DNA from: the human T2T-CHM13v2.0 reference genome, Homo sapiens
DNA: 64,000 bases
Direction: 5' to 3' (one strand)
Assembly (NCBI RefSeq): GCF_009914755.1
Contig: NC_060930.1
Below are positions 27,736-41,471 of the stretch, piece by piece. A program made the translations under genes and the position numbers. The notes under the pieces are model-generated. The model was given only the letters and a program-made list of their open reading frames with translations. It searched no databases and had not been told where the DNA came from. How positions within the stretch are numbered: position 1 is the first letter of the stretch; the number at the start of each line of letters is the position of its first letter.

Positions 27736-29699
27736 TGCTTATTAAGCTGTTTCCATTATGAGATGTTCCCCTATATTAAAATTTTCATAGCATAATATAT
27801 CCATCATCTGGACATTCTGAAGATTTTTTTTTCAAGGAAAACTACTTCAGTAATTCTTTATAAAAACAGGTTTCCATTTTCTTTAAGAAACAAGGCTGAT
27901 TTGCCAATGAAAATAAATAAATAGAATATATCTCCTAATTTTTATTCTAATACCTTCACAGAAAATTAAACCAGGTACCAAAAAGTCATAGCTATTGGGT
28001 AGGTTGTGAGTGTATCAAATTTGGACGAATATTATCAGATCCTAAATTAATACAATCAGAGTCTCTTTCTACCCTGTTCTCCACATCCCTTTCTACTATA
28101 AAAAAATACCCCTTATACTTTCATCCCAACCTCCTATCCTTCCCAAAAGCATCCCCAAAACAATGAAAAATAAAACTTACTGGAGTAGACTGAGAACAAG
28201 CAGTTTAGAACTCTCTCCCTCATTCAATTCAATGTACCTGAAATGAGCATTAGTATTAGAACTCAATTCATGAGGGTTATTTTTACTGTAGTTATATGAA
28301 ATAAATCTTGGGGATTTACCTTAGAGATTGCATAAGGTCAATCTTGCATCCAAGTTTTTACTAACATTGTTTATTCTAACTCCTGTTTCCTTTTACCCTC
28401 CTGTAAACTGCCACCTCAAGATCTCTCAAGCCTTTATTTCCTCACATACAACTCTGGGTAAGGTAAGAGAAAACACAAGCCCAGAGTGGCATTTTATATG
28501 AGTCAGTAAGGTACACCCATGTATCAAATGGCATGGGAACCAGGGAATCATTTTGAGTTACTAGGTTCAGTAGTGAAACTCTGTAGTTTTCTTGGCCCTT
28601 ACAAAACCAGGTCACAGCTGCCTGGCTTCCTAATTTGGTTTGATGTACTGTGAATTCCCAAGGGGGTGAGTCACTCTCTTATTCATATGGAAGTACAGGA
28701 GCCATTCCAAAACAAAAACCAGTCTGGGTTTATTTATGATTTTATATGCCCTTTACTGCCCCACTATACAGATGATCCAGAGTTGACTTTCAGCTGTTAA
28801 TTACCATATTGGAGAGGAGATACATGGCATTTTTCATCTTTTGAGTTACAAGACTTCTTTAATGTGAATATTCCCTAAGTGCTTGCTTGCTTCTGCTTTT
28901 GGAATGCTTTACTGAGGCTGGATATATATTATGAAACAATGAATGCAAAATCAATCACACATGGAGAAAATCAAAGTAGTAAAATTAACAACATACCTTA
29001 AGAAACAGTCTATGTTAAGTCAGTGTAATAGCATCATTATACATTACTCTTGTTACCTATTAAGTGCTCAAGAAAACCATAAATACCTTGCTTTATAGAC
29101 TTGATGAGGCAGAAAAACCTTTCCTGTGGGTCATCAAATTAAGATGCAGTATGACTTTACGATTTGTTCCATCTTAGAATTTGGCTGTGTTCTATCTTTC
29201 TGATTTCCCAGAGCCGTCCACTTCAGGATGTTTGGGCTTCTGCCAGTGGCCGTGGCACAGATGCTTTTAATAAAGGGATCCAACCACCTTCTGGAAAACC
29301 TCCCTGCTTCACTAGAACTTTCAAGAGATATCAATCCTGTTTTATTAGTGTTTATTTAAAAAGAAGAAGAAGAGAAAGAAGCTGAAGTAGCCAACACGAT
29401 CTATGTAGTCTACTTTATGTCCCTTCTTTTGTCACACAAAATAGAATATTTCTCTTGAAAAAGGCTCATACAATTCCGTAGCTATATACTGAGTGCCTAC
29501 TGTGTGGCAAACTCTGCACTAGGCATGGAGACACCAAGAAGATGCATGACTTGCCTTAGAGCTATTACACAGACGCAGTATTACTTTGTAAAAATATCTG
29601 ATAACTAAAATTAATCTGTAAGGTATATAGAGATCTTTGTATAAATATCACATTTCATAGAATATTAAAAATATGTAAAATTGACACTAAGTGATTTGT

Positions 29700-30560
29700 A
29701 TTATATATGAAATGTTTAGTATATGATTAGTAAAGCTTCATAAACAATGGGAAACTGATGGGTCATTCAAAAAATGGTATAGGCAGAACTGACTTTTTAG
29801 AAAAAAGTAGGTTATACCAATCTCAGATAAAACATAAAAAAGTAGATGAATAGCTGTTTGTATTAAGAACAATATAAAATAGAAAGAAATGAACACATAT
29901 AGTGGTCTTACCACACAGAAGGAGTTTCAAGGTATAAAAGTCATGAATGAGAGAGCAAATGTCAAACTTGACAACATAAAAATGTAGAAATTATACATGG
30001 AAATTTTATAAAATTAAAACACAAGTGACAAACTTGATAATATACTTGTAAAATATGACAATGAATTAATATCCTTTATAATCAAAGAAACTGTATGAAA
30101 CAATTACTATTACCAACCAGTTGTTACCAAGAGTAGAAAAATAACAACTGAGATGGTTAGCAGTACACAGTAAAAGAAATTCAGAGAAATGATGGACACA
30201 AACATATATTAAACTTCACTAGTAATCTAAGAAATCTAATGAAAGCAATAATAAATACATTCTTGCTTATCAAGTTGACAAATTTTTTTAAATGTAAAAA
30301 CAATTAGTGATAGGAAGGTGCACAGGCAATCTCATTCAATTCCGGCCAAAATTTGAATAAATTTTCTAGACCTGTGTTTTACAGAAAGTATTTAGAAAAA
30401 AACTAAAGTTATTATTCTTTCATTCAATAATTCTTATTCCAGAAAAATTTCCTAACCTAAAAAACATGTAAAAATACATTCATCACAATGCTCCTTATGA
30501 CCTAAAAAATTGGAAACAATTTAATTGTTCTGATGTAGAGAAATAGATATAGTCTATCCA
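29700..30560 (+). mobile_element. Highly degraded L1ME-like fragments
   Basis: aaacttgacaacataaaaatgtag, ttaatatcctttata, aaattggaaacaatttaattgt. Confidence 0.45.
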
Positions 30561-30689
30561 AAGGATATTGTACCATATGGTAGAGCTTTGAGGGTGGCCC
30601 CACATTCTGCTCCCTCTAGATTCTCTCTGTTCCAGCTCCATCCTAGCTTCCTCAATTTCCCCAGAATGCCATAACCTGCCCTGTGTATA

Positions 30690-30810
30690 GGTGAGCAGTC
30701 TGAGAGCCTGAAAAGCAAGGTGACGTGTCCGAAGTCATACCATCTACTTGGTGTATCTGAAACCAAACTCAGGTCTTCTGGTAGCAGGACCAGAAATTGT
30801 TCTACCACAT
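30690..30810 (-). mobile_element. MIR fragment
   Basis: gtgacgtgtccgaagtcatac...caaactcaggtcttctg. Confidence 0.55.
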
Positions 30811-32150
30811 AATGCTTGCTTAGAACAGTGAATTTCAAACTCTGAGTAGTGGAATCTCTCTCTCTCTCTTTTTTTTTTTTTTTTTTTTTTTTTGTGGGAT
30901 GTCACCTCTAAGTATTTTTGTTTTTCTTTTTTTTTTTTTGAGTGGCAGAATCTTATGCACAATTTCCAATAAATGAAAGAGATCAAAGTATTATAGTACT
31001 ATATAGTTTTTAATGTAAAAGTATATTTACTTACAAAGTCAATCAGTGAGTAACATAGGAAAATACAAGGAAAATTTATTAAGTGTTTGTCATATAGTAG
31101 AAGTGGTTAGGTTGAGTGGGTAGGTTGGTTTTTAAAATACCAACAACAAAAAAAGATGCTGTTCTAAAAACACAAACATTTGAAGGCTGGGTGATGGATA
31201 TAGTTTTATATCAACGTCAGCACACACTGTATTTCTATATTTGGGTGTTTTTTTTTTTTTTTGTAAAATGGGGAAAATCTTGTTTCATATGAATAAGTAG
31301 CTGAAAATGATGAACATTTTTAATAGTTTATATGCCAACCTGTCTCAAGATATTATTCAATTAAACTGAAACAGAAGCTGAAAGAAAAGAAGTAGAAAAT
31401 TTAATATTTAAAAAATAAATCATTAAAAATACCCAACAAACATTATGTTCCCTAACTGCCAAGGGTTCAACTTGGAAAGAGTCAGTAACAGGGTCCTCAG
31501 GCAGTTTAGATCTTGAGTGAACACTGGGGAATGTTATAACATTATAAGATGTTCAACTTGTCAGTTGAAATCCCTCACATTATCCAAAAAGGGCATACCT
31601 CACTCTCTATCTCAGCTAGATAGTCACTTTAGCTTTCAGTCAAATTTATTTCATTGCTGACACATTATTTAAAATTTTAAGTTTGACTACAATGTGATCT
31701 TACATTGCAAAACTGAGCTTCTTCTGTTTACTACAAAAAATCAGCAAGACATGCAAACTAGTGAAATCAGTTTTTTGAGAACTATTTCACTAGATGAAAT
31801 TCAGTGAAAACGAATTTTTGCCAGTACCTTGCCACAAAACACCCAAGGGACTTCAGCATGAAAAAAAAATTCTGAAATGAATACTGCGCATATTGTTTAA
31901 ATAATTCTTAAAAGACAACAAAAAAGCAAAAGCCCTGGTTGAATAACATTTACAATTAGAATGATCTTAACGCCTTGCTTGAAAGATCTTAACAGCTTAT
32001 GCTCTCCTATGCCACCCAAATAGCTTTTCAAAAATAGTGTTTCTGAAAGGCACTAGCCTGACTATTTTTTCCCTGATATTCATTTTACACAAACTACATA
32101 ATTTTTTTTAAAAAATGTTTTGCCCTTTTGTTCGTTTGTGTGTTGAAAAT

Positions 32151-33015
<865 letters not shown>

Positions 33016-33459
33016 CAAACCAATCTAACGACTTCTACTGTGCGGCAAGTGCTTAATAAATTTTCCTTATCTTTTCCTGCATAAACCTACTGAACAAAGA
33101 AGAAAAATCAGCAGTAGTGATACTCTCAAAATGTTGACTCATAAAGATTCCGCATAATCTTTATGAATTCTTTGAATTAATGTAGCTGCTTGAATTAATG
33201 AAGTATGTTGAATTCATGTTCTTATTAAATATTCTTAGGTTATAGCACCATAATTCTAATTGTTTCTTCAATAGCAGCCTATTCATCTAACATACTTGTT
33301 AGCATATAGTTTAATGAGCTTTTTCTGGAGAAAATGCGTTTCTTCTTCACAAACAATACATTTTGTCATTGCTTCCATTTTTTTCTGTAACATGTATGCT
33401 AAATTAATCTGATAACCTTATTTTTATGCTCCCTATGCTTTGTTTTAAAATCATTTAAC

Positions 33460-33910
33460 TTTATGTCTGGGTTCTCTATTCTGTCCCATTGGTCTATGTG
33501 TCTGTTTTTGTACCAGTACCATGTTGATTGGTTACTGTAGCCTTGTAGTATAGTTTGAAGTTCAGGTAGTGTGAGGCCTCCAGCTTTGTTCTTTTTTTCT
33601 TAGGATTACTTGGGTGACTCAGGCTCTTTTTTGCTTCTCTATGACTTTTAGAATAGTTTCTTTTAATTCTATGAAAAATGATGTTGGTAGTTTGATAGGA
33701 ATAGCATTGAATCTATAAACTCTTTGGGCAGTATGGCCATTTTAATGATATTGATTCTTCCTGTCCGTGGGTATGGAATGTTTTTCCATTTGTTTGTCTC
33801 TTCTCTGATTTCTTTCGGAAGCATTTTATAATTCTCATTGAAGAGATTTTTCACCTTCTTAGTTAGCTATATTCCTAGGAATTTTATTCTTTTTGTGGCT
33901 ATTGTAAATG
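33460..33910 (-). mobile_element. Inverted 5' segment of L1PB4/L1PA16-like element (ORF2 remnant)
   Basis: Minus-strand [29 protein letters not shown] is L1 ORF2p-like. Confidence 0.85.
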
Positions 33911-35220
33911 ATAATACCTGAAACTATAAAAACTGTAGAAGAACACCTAGAAAATACCATTCTGGCATTACATTGGCCTCAGCAAAGAATTTATGACTAA
34001 GTCCCCAAAAGCAATGACAACAAAAGCAAAAATTGACAGGTGGGACCTAATTAAACTAAAGAGTTTTTGCACAGCAAAATAAACTATGAACAGAGTAAAC
34101 TAACAACCTACAAAATGGGAGAATATATTCCCAAATTATGCACCCAACAAAGGTCTAGTACCCAGAATCTGTAAGGAACTTAAACAACAAACAAGAAACC
34201 AATAATCCCATTAAAAATTGGGCATCAGTCATGAGCAGACACTTCTCAAAAGAAGACATACATGCAGCCAGCAAATATATGAAAAAATGCTCATCATCAG
34301 TAATCATTAGAGAAATGCAAATCAAAATCACCATGAGATACCATCTCACACCAGTCAGAATGCCCATTGTTATTAAAAAGTTAAAAAAACAACAGATGTT
34401 GGCAAGGTTGCAGAGAAAAGAGAGCACTTACACACTGCTGGTGGGAATGTAAATTAGTTTAGCTACTGTGGAAAGCAATGTGACAGTTCTTCAAAGAGCT
34501 AAAAGCAGAACTACCATTTGACCCAGCAATCTCACTACTGGGTATCTACACAAAGGAAAATAAATCTTTCTACCAAAAAGGCACATACACTCATATGTTC
34601 ATTGCAACACTATTCACAATAGCAAAGATACAGAATCAACCTAGATGTCCATCAATGGCAGACTGAATAAAGAAAATGTGATTATATATATATATATATA
34701 TTTATTTATATATATATTTATTTATATATATATATTTATTTATATATATATATTTATATATATATATTTATTTATATATATACACACACACACACATACA
34801 CACACACACCCCTATATATACATATATACACACACATACACATACATACATATACACCATGGAATACTACTTAGCCATAAAAAGGGGCAAAATCATGTCC
34901 TTTACAGTAACATGAACAAAGCTAAAGGCCATTATCCTAAGTGAACTAACACAGAAACAGAAAACCAAATACCACATGTTCTCAATTATAAGTGGGAGCT
35001 AAACATTTAATATGCATGGACACAAAGATGGGAACAATAATAAACAGTGGGGACTGCTTGAAGTGGGAGGGTGGGAGAGGCAGTGTGGGTTGAAAAACAA
35101 CCTATCAGGTACTATGCTCACTACCTGGGTAACAGGATCATTAGTACACCAAACCTCAGCATCATGCAAATTACCCATGTAACAAACCTGCACGTGTACC
35201 CTCTGAACCTAAAATAAATA
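33911..35220 (+). mobile_element. L1PB4/L1PA16-like 3' segment (ORF2 end, 3' UTR)
   Basis: [45 protein letters not shown] is the ORF2p C-terminus; 3' end aaacctgcacgtgtaccctctgaacctaaaataaa. Confidence 0.9.
34682..34857. repeat. (TA)n/(CA)n compound microsatellite inside L1
   Basis: Visible. Confidence 0.9.
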
Positions 35221-35615
35221 ACAGAAAGTATAGACCTACTATGCAAAATTTTCACAGCCTAAAATACAGTAAGAACTGGGTTATTTTTATACCTAATAAC
35301 ACTCAATGCAATTACCAAGTGCTATGTGGAAGGCCCTTCTGCATGCTACTTTTGTTTTGCACAGTGTTGGTGTGGTAAATAACGGTGAAAGAATCCAGTA
35401 TATCAAGTCATTGTTTTTGTTCAATACATGGTAAAATTTTCTTTCCAAGTTTTCAGTTTTAAAAGTGACTTGTTTCTAATTTCAGAGTCTTGTTACATCA
35501 TATTTTTTTTTTACAAAAATGATTCAAGAATACTTAAAACTTACAATGAGCGTACGGGACATGCAAAATAAAACAAACAAGCGCTTATTATTTCCTGTAA
35601 GAGTTTTATCTATAA

Positions 35616-35925
35616 CTATGCTGTCTAAACATGGTATGGAGCACTTGAAATGTAGCTTGTTAGAATTGAGTTTTGCTATAAGTATAAAATATACTGCAGA
35701 TTTCAAAGACTTAGTCCAAAAAAGTAAAATACTTCATTTTTAAATTAATGCTAAAATGATAATATCTTAGATATCTTAGGTTACATGAAATATGTTACTA
35801 AATTAACTTCACTGGGGTTGTTTGTTTTAGTTTTTTCCTGTTTTCTTTTCCTTTTTATAATGCAGCTACTAGAAAACTTAAAAGTACATATGTGACTTGC
35901 TTTATATTTCTAATGGACAACACTG
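35616..35925. mobile_element. MER33 (hAT-Charlie)
   Basis: gagcacttgaaatgtagct...gatttcaaagacttagt...tatatttctaatggacaacactg. Confidence 0.8.
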
Positions 35926-35989
35926 AAAAGAAGTTAGAGGCCTTCCCTGATTTGATACTAGGAAATTCCATCTGTGTGATTGATGCCTC

Positions 35990-36965
35990 AACAGATGGTG
36001 CTACGAGGGCGTTTAGAAGAGGCATTTGACAGAACAGTGGAGGTTCATGAAGGCCTCCAGGAGGACCAGGTGATACCAGAGCTGTAACCTGAAGGGCAGA
36101 TAAGGGGAAGCTCCTAAGAGAAGTGCAGGGGCTCAGAGGTAAGGAGGAATAATGGGCACTAGAAAGTAGCTCGGTAAACCTAGAGCAGTGTGTGACTAGG
36201 GAGCAAGAGCCAGAGCTGAAGGCCTTGTGTGCCAGACTAGGAATTCTGGGTTATTTTGAGGGAAAAGAGTAGTCAGGTGTATTAGTCTGTTTTCACACTG
36301 CTGATAAAGACATACCCGAGACTGGGCAAATTACAAAAGAAAGAGGTTTAATGACTTACAATTCCATATGGCTGGGGAGGCCTCACAATCATGGTAGAAG
36401 GCAAGAAGGAGCAAGTCACCTCTTACATGGATGGCAGCAGGCAAAGAGAGAGCTTGTGTGGGGAAACTCTGCCTTATAAAGCCATCAGATCTCATGAGAC
36501 TTACTATCATGAGAACAGCACAGGAAAGACCTGGCCCCATGATTCAGTTATCTCCCACTGGGTCCTTCCCACAACAGAAGGGAATTATGGGAGCTACAAA
36601 ATGAGATTTGGGTGGGGACACAGAGCCAAACTATATCACCATGGAAGGTTGTGGAGCAGGGATGTGACTGACTCAGGCAGTAGTAGATCACTCTGGCTGC
36701 TATGTGACAATTAGAATGGAGTGAGGCAATACTAGGAAAAGAGGGTCCCTGGGGCAGCTGTGCAGAAATCTAAGCATAGGATGAGAATGCAGTGAGGACT
36801 GAGGGCCCATGGTAGAATAAGGAAAGCCAAATGGATTTGAGAAGTAGAAGTAAAAGGACTCGGCAATGCATTCAGTTGTTTGGAGTTTGGAGGGAAGTGG
36901 AGGAGGCAGGCAATGAGAGAAAGGATTAAATCAAGTGAGACCCTAGGATGCTGGGTTGTGCAGCT
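35990..36965 (-). mobile_element. L2 fragment split by THE1 LTR
   Basis: aaggcctccaggagga..., ggccttgtgtgcca, agatcactctggctgctatgtg. Confidence 0.65.
36278..36638 (-). mobile_element. THE1A-like solo LTR, antisense to PDE7B
   Basis: TGTATTAGTCTGTTTTCACACTGCTGATAAAGAC...GGGGACACAGAGCCAAACTATATCA. Confidence 0.93.
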
Positions 36966-38184
36966 GAGCTGGAAAATAAGAATAATCAACAATGCTATAA
37001 AAATTATTTTCGAGATATTCAGCTTCCGTATATCTTAATGGTACATGGGTGACCAAGACTACAATATACTTTCATGATTTGCCATAAGATTTCTGAGGCT
37101 ACTTGGAGTTCTATGTGTCATTGAAAGTTTGCATAATAGTTCATTTTTCAAAAGTATCTTTTGCCAGAGCCCTTTGACTTTATTATTCTGATAATCAAAA
37201 TAGTTTCCTTATGAAGAAGTATTCTTGCCAACTAACCTAACCACATATTTGAAACATCAGATGTTAATAGGTTGGCTGATATTTTATCTTTTGTGAAATT
37301 TGCCTTACCTTAAAGGTTTTCCACTTTAAAGGTCACAAAAGAGGTTTGCTTTCCTTTTTAGAAAGTAAAAACCACATACAGGTTCAAATTCGAAGATAAA
37401 GACTAGTAATGATTTCCTATAACTAACACATATGCCCAATGAGTAGTTAAAGATACTCAAGACCAGATCTTGATTTTAAACCTTTACATGAATCCATTCC
37501 ATAATTTTACTCCTTTATTCCTCAATTTCACCTAAGTGATCTCTGTAAAATAATATTCTTTGATTATCCAATGCGAGTGATAGCACATGAATTATGTATG
37601 ATCTGTTTGTATAGATGACATTGAGAATGTTATTTAATAACAAGATCATGTTTTTGAAAATAAAAATTACCCTTGGGATTTAGATGCAGAAATGTTTCAC
37701 TAACAAAGGGCTCTGAAAGAATGTTGGCATCAGTTAAAGTGAAGGTATGAATGGTGGCAGGCCAAGAAAACAACTGAATATTAGTTTCTTGATTCCAAAG
37801 GTTTAATATTTTCATTTATAATAAATGAGTAACAATGATAAAAATTTTTTCCCAGAAATAAAAACAATGGAATATATTATGGGAAGTGTTACAAGGGAAT
37901 GTCTCCTCTCTTAACAACTTGAAAATAAATGAGAGATTTTTCAACATGAAGAACATAATTCCACAATGATAGCACGGTGCACAATACATCATTTTTTGGA
38001 ACATTTTGAGGCTTTAAGACTTTAGGTTTAATACCCTTGGCAATATACATGTGTGTACATGTGTATGGGGAATGGTAATCTGTGTACAAACATGCACACA
38101 AACAGAAATGTACATTGAACTAAAAATCTTTGTACAATGAGGTGGCGGGAGTGGGGAGCAAGATTTTTAAAACTTTTTTGTTAC

Positions 38185-38191
38185 CGCGCAC

Positions 38192-38238
<47 letters not shown>
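38185..38238. repeat. (CG)n/(CA)n alternating purine-pyrimidine tract
   Basis: cgcgcacacacacacgcgcgcgcacaca... Confidence 0.95.
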
Positions 38239-38239
<1 letters not shown>

Positions 38240-38451
38240 GTATATACACTATTCCAAAAGCAGAGCCGAATATATTAATATAAATAAAGTAGACCTGGAT
38301 TCAGGCCCTAAGGACCTCGTGGCTTAATAGACAAAGAAAAAAATGTAAAGTAGAAAGTGGCTTAAAAAATTTATAGGAAATTCAGGAAAGAAGAATGTTA
38401 ACTTAGGCTCAAAAACAATCAGGAAAGTGTCATAAAAGATTGCCATTTCAG

Positions 38452-38726
38452 ATATAAAAAAATAGAAAGAATGAATCAGCCCTACTATTTGATAGCACAA
38501 CAGGGTGACTATAATCAATAATTACTCAACTATACATTTTTAAATAACTTAAAGAGTGTAATTGGATTGTTTGCAACTCAATAGATAAATGCTTGAGGGG
38601 ATGAATACCCCTTTCTCATGATGTGCTTATTTCACATGGCATGCCGGTATCCAAACATTTCATACACCCCATAGATGTATACACCTACTATTTACCCACA
38701 CAAATTAAAAATAAGTTTAAAAAAAA
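38452..38726 (+). mobile_element. 5'-truncated L1MA1/2-like 3' end
   Basis: gatagcacaacagggtgactata...cacacaaattaaaaat; degenerate TSD aaagattgccatttcag/aaaaatcaccatttcag. Confidence 0.85.
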
Positions 38727-39214
38727 ATCACCATTTCAGCTAGACCTTGAATAATAGGAATAATCTGAACATATGGAGAAGGGGAGGCAAACATTGAAGT
38801 TTTAAAAAATGGAGAAAGAGATAGATAAATATATAGATGCACACATTCATGAAATCGTACTATTGAGCCAGGAGCTTTCCTGATCATATCTAACCCCAGG
38901 ACAACCTGTGAGGCAGAAAGTTTTCTTCACATTCCAGAAACAAGGAAGCAGGTTCAGAAAGTCTCCTATGGTCACCGGACTGGGAAGTGCCATGCAGGAG
39001 CTGTTGGATCCAAAGCCCACGTTCTCTGGCTCCACTTGTTTACACTTGCTTAATGATTTGGAGACATGAGCTTGTAGGACAAAGGGAAGAGCAAAGCTTC
39101 CCTTTGATTGGAGAGCAAGATAGCACAATATCCAAAGTGGAAAGTCAGGTTTTTCCTTCTTCATCTGTTTTACCTGACGAGGGCCAGAATTTAAGGGTCT
39201 ATTAGTCATAGATG

Positions 39215-39440
39215 GCATGGAGTATGCACTCCCTGTGTTCTGGGCGCTGTGCTGAAAACCTTCTGTGTGTTATCTCATTTGATCTCTTAGGGGCTCTGTC
39301 TCCATGGTTTTTGGTGAAAGCACAGAGGGTTAGAATAAGGTCATTTCCAAGGTCAAAGAGCTAGGATACAGTGGAGTTGGGATTCAAACTCACTGTTACT
39401 AGACTCCACACAAGAACCTGGGGTCCTAATCACTAAACAT
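39215..39440 (-). mobile_element. MIR
   Basis: ttatctcatttgatc...ccaaggtcaaagagcta...gggattcaaactc. Confidence 0.7.
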
Positions 39441-40002
39441 AGTGCACTACAAAGCACAGTTATGTAACATATGTCATATGTATCTGTGTATAAATATGCA
39501 TGTATACATATATATGTGTTTACTTTGTGTGTACACACACATACCTGCACAAGATACACCCCTTAAAAATTTCATACCTATCAGTGATCTCCAAGTATGC
39601 TTGTGTTGACATGTTTGAGTTTAATACAATTTGTTTAACTAGTGATCATGTTACTTGGTGATATTTTCTTCATTTGGCCATGAATTAAAGAGCATTTACT
39701 GGGCACCTGCTTTAAGCCAAACATTCTGTAGACAGCAGGATTCAAAGCTAAGATATAACTCTTGCCCTTAAATAAGCTGGTAGGTTTAATAAAATTGGTC
39801 TATATGTGTTGCATTATTTTGAAAGTTATTTGCTATTATTGTGTTCAATTTATTTTTTGGTTTGCTAAGAATACATAGAGATAACAGTTATAAATTACAA
39901 GGTTAAAAAATTCGAATAAGCAAAAATCTCCTAGTTTGCTAACTATCAGTTAAATGATAATCATTGTTAAATGATGAATATGTCATATTGCAATGTCAGT
40001 TT

Positions 40003-40180
40003 CACAGGCAGATTTACTAGGAAGCTAATGAAGTATGATCTTCAAGATTTCTCAATTTCATTGACACATTCTAAGACTCCATTCTTATTTTTGTGACCAT
40101 TCATTTGTATTCCTTTTCTTAAGAGTCCTCCCTTTATATTTTATAAATTTTAGGATCTAAGAGGACCAAATATGCCCCTG
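40003..40180. mobile_element. MER91B-like hAT DNA transposon
   Basis: cacaggcagatttactaggaagctaatgaag...tatgcccctg; 8-bp TSD gtcagttt/gtcagtct. Confidence 0.7.
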
Positions 40181-40660
40181 GTCAGTCTTTAATAATTTAA
40201 AGGCAACCCAATGATTTGGGATTGATTTCACAGTCCACAAAAAATAAAGAACTATTTCTTTCCTATACCTCTGTTGGTACTCACCTCTATTTGGTATTTG
40301 CATTTTAGTTACTCCAATAGATACCCATACTAGAGCGTAAGTACTAATAAAAATTAAAACTCATGTCAATGATTATCTCTCCTTATAAAGAAGCCTACAG
40401 AGGGTCTTGAAGCAATAAAGTAATTTGAATGAAAACTACAAACCATGAATAACATGACACCTACTACTTCAAATAATCCCCAAGTGACCTTTATATAATT
40501 TTTCTTCTTGGACATTTGAAACACTTTGGTAGTTTAACTCCTTAACCCTGTACTAATGAGATAGAATATAGGTATTCCCTCCATTTACAGGATACGTACT
40601 CTGACCAAGGAGATTTAAAACAAATTTTATTTATTTATTTAATTTTGGTAATATTTGTCA

Positions 40661-41471
<811 letters not shown>

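Noticed and set aside
33669-34452. L1 ORF2p-like ORFs as an active retrotransposon
   Set aside because: Truncated, inverted and interrupted by stops and frameshifts.
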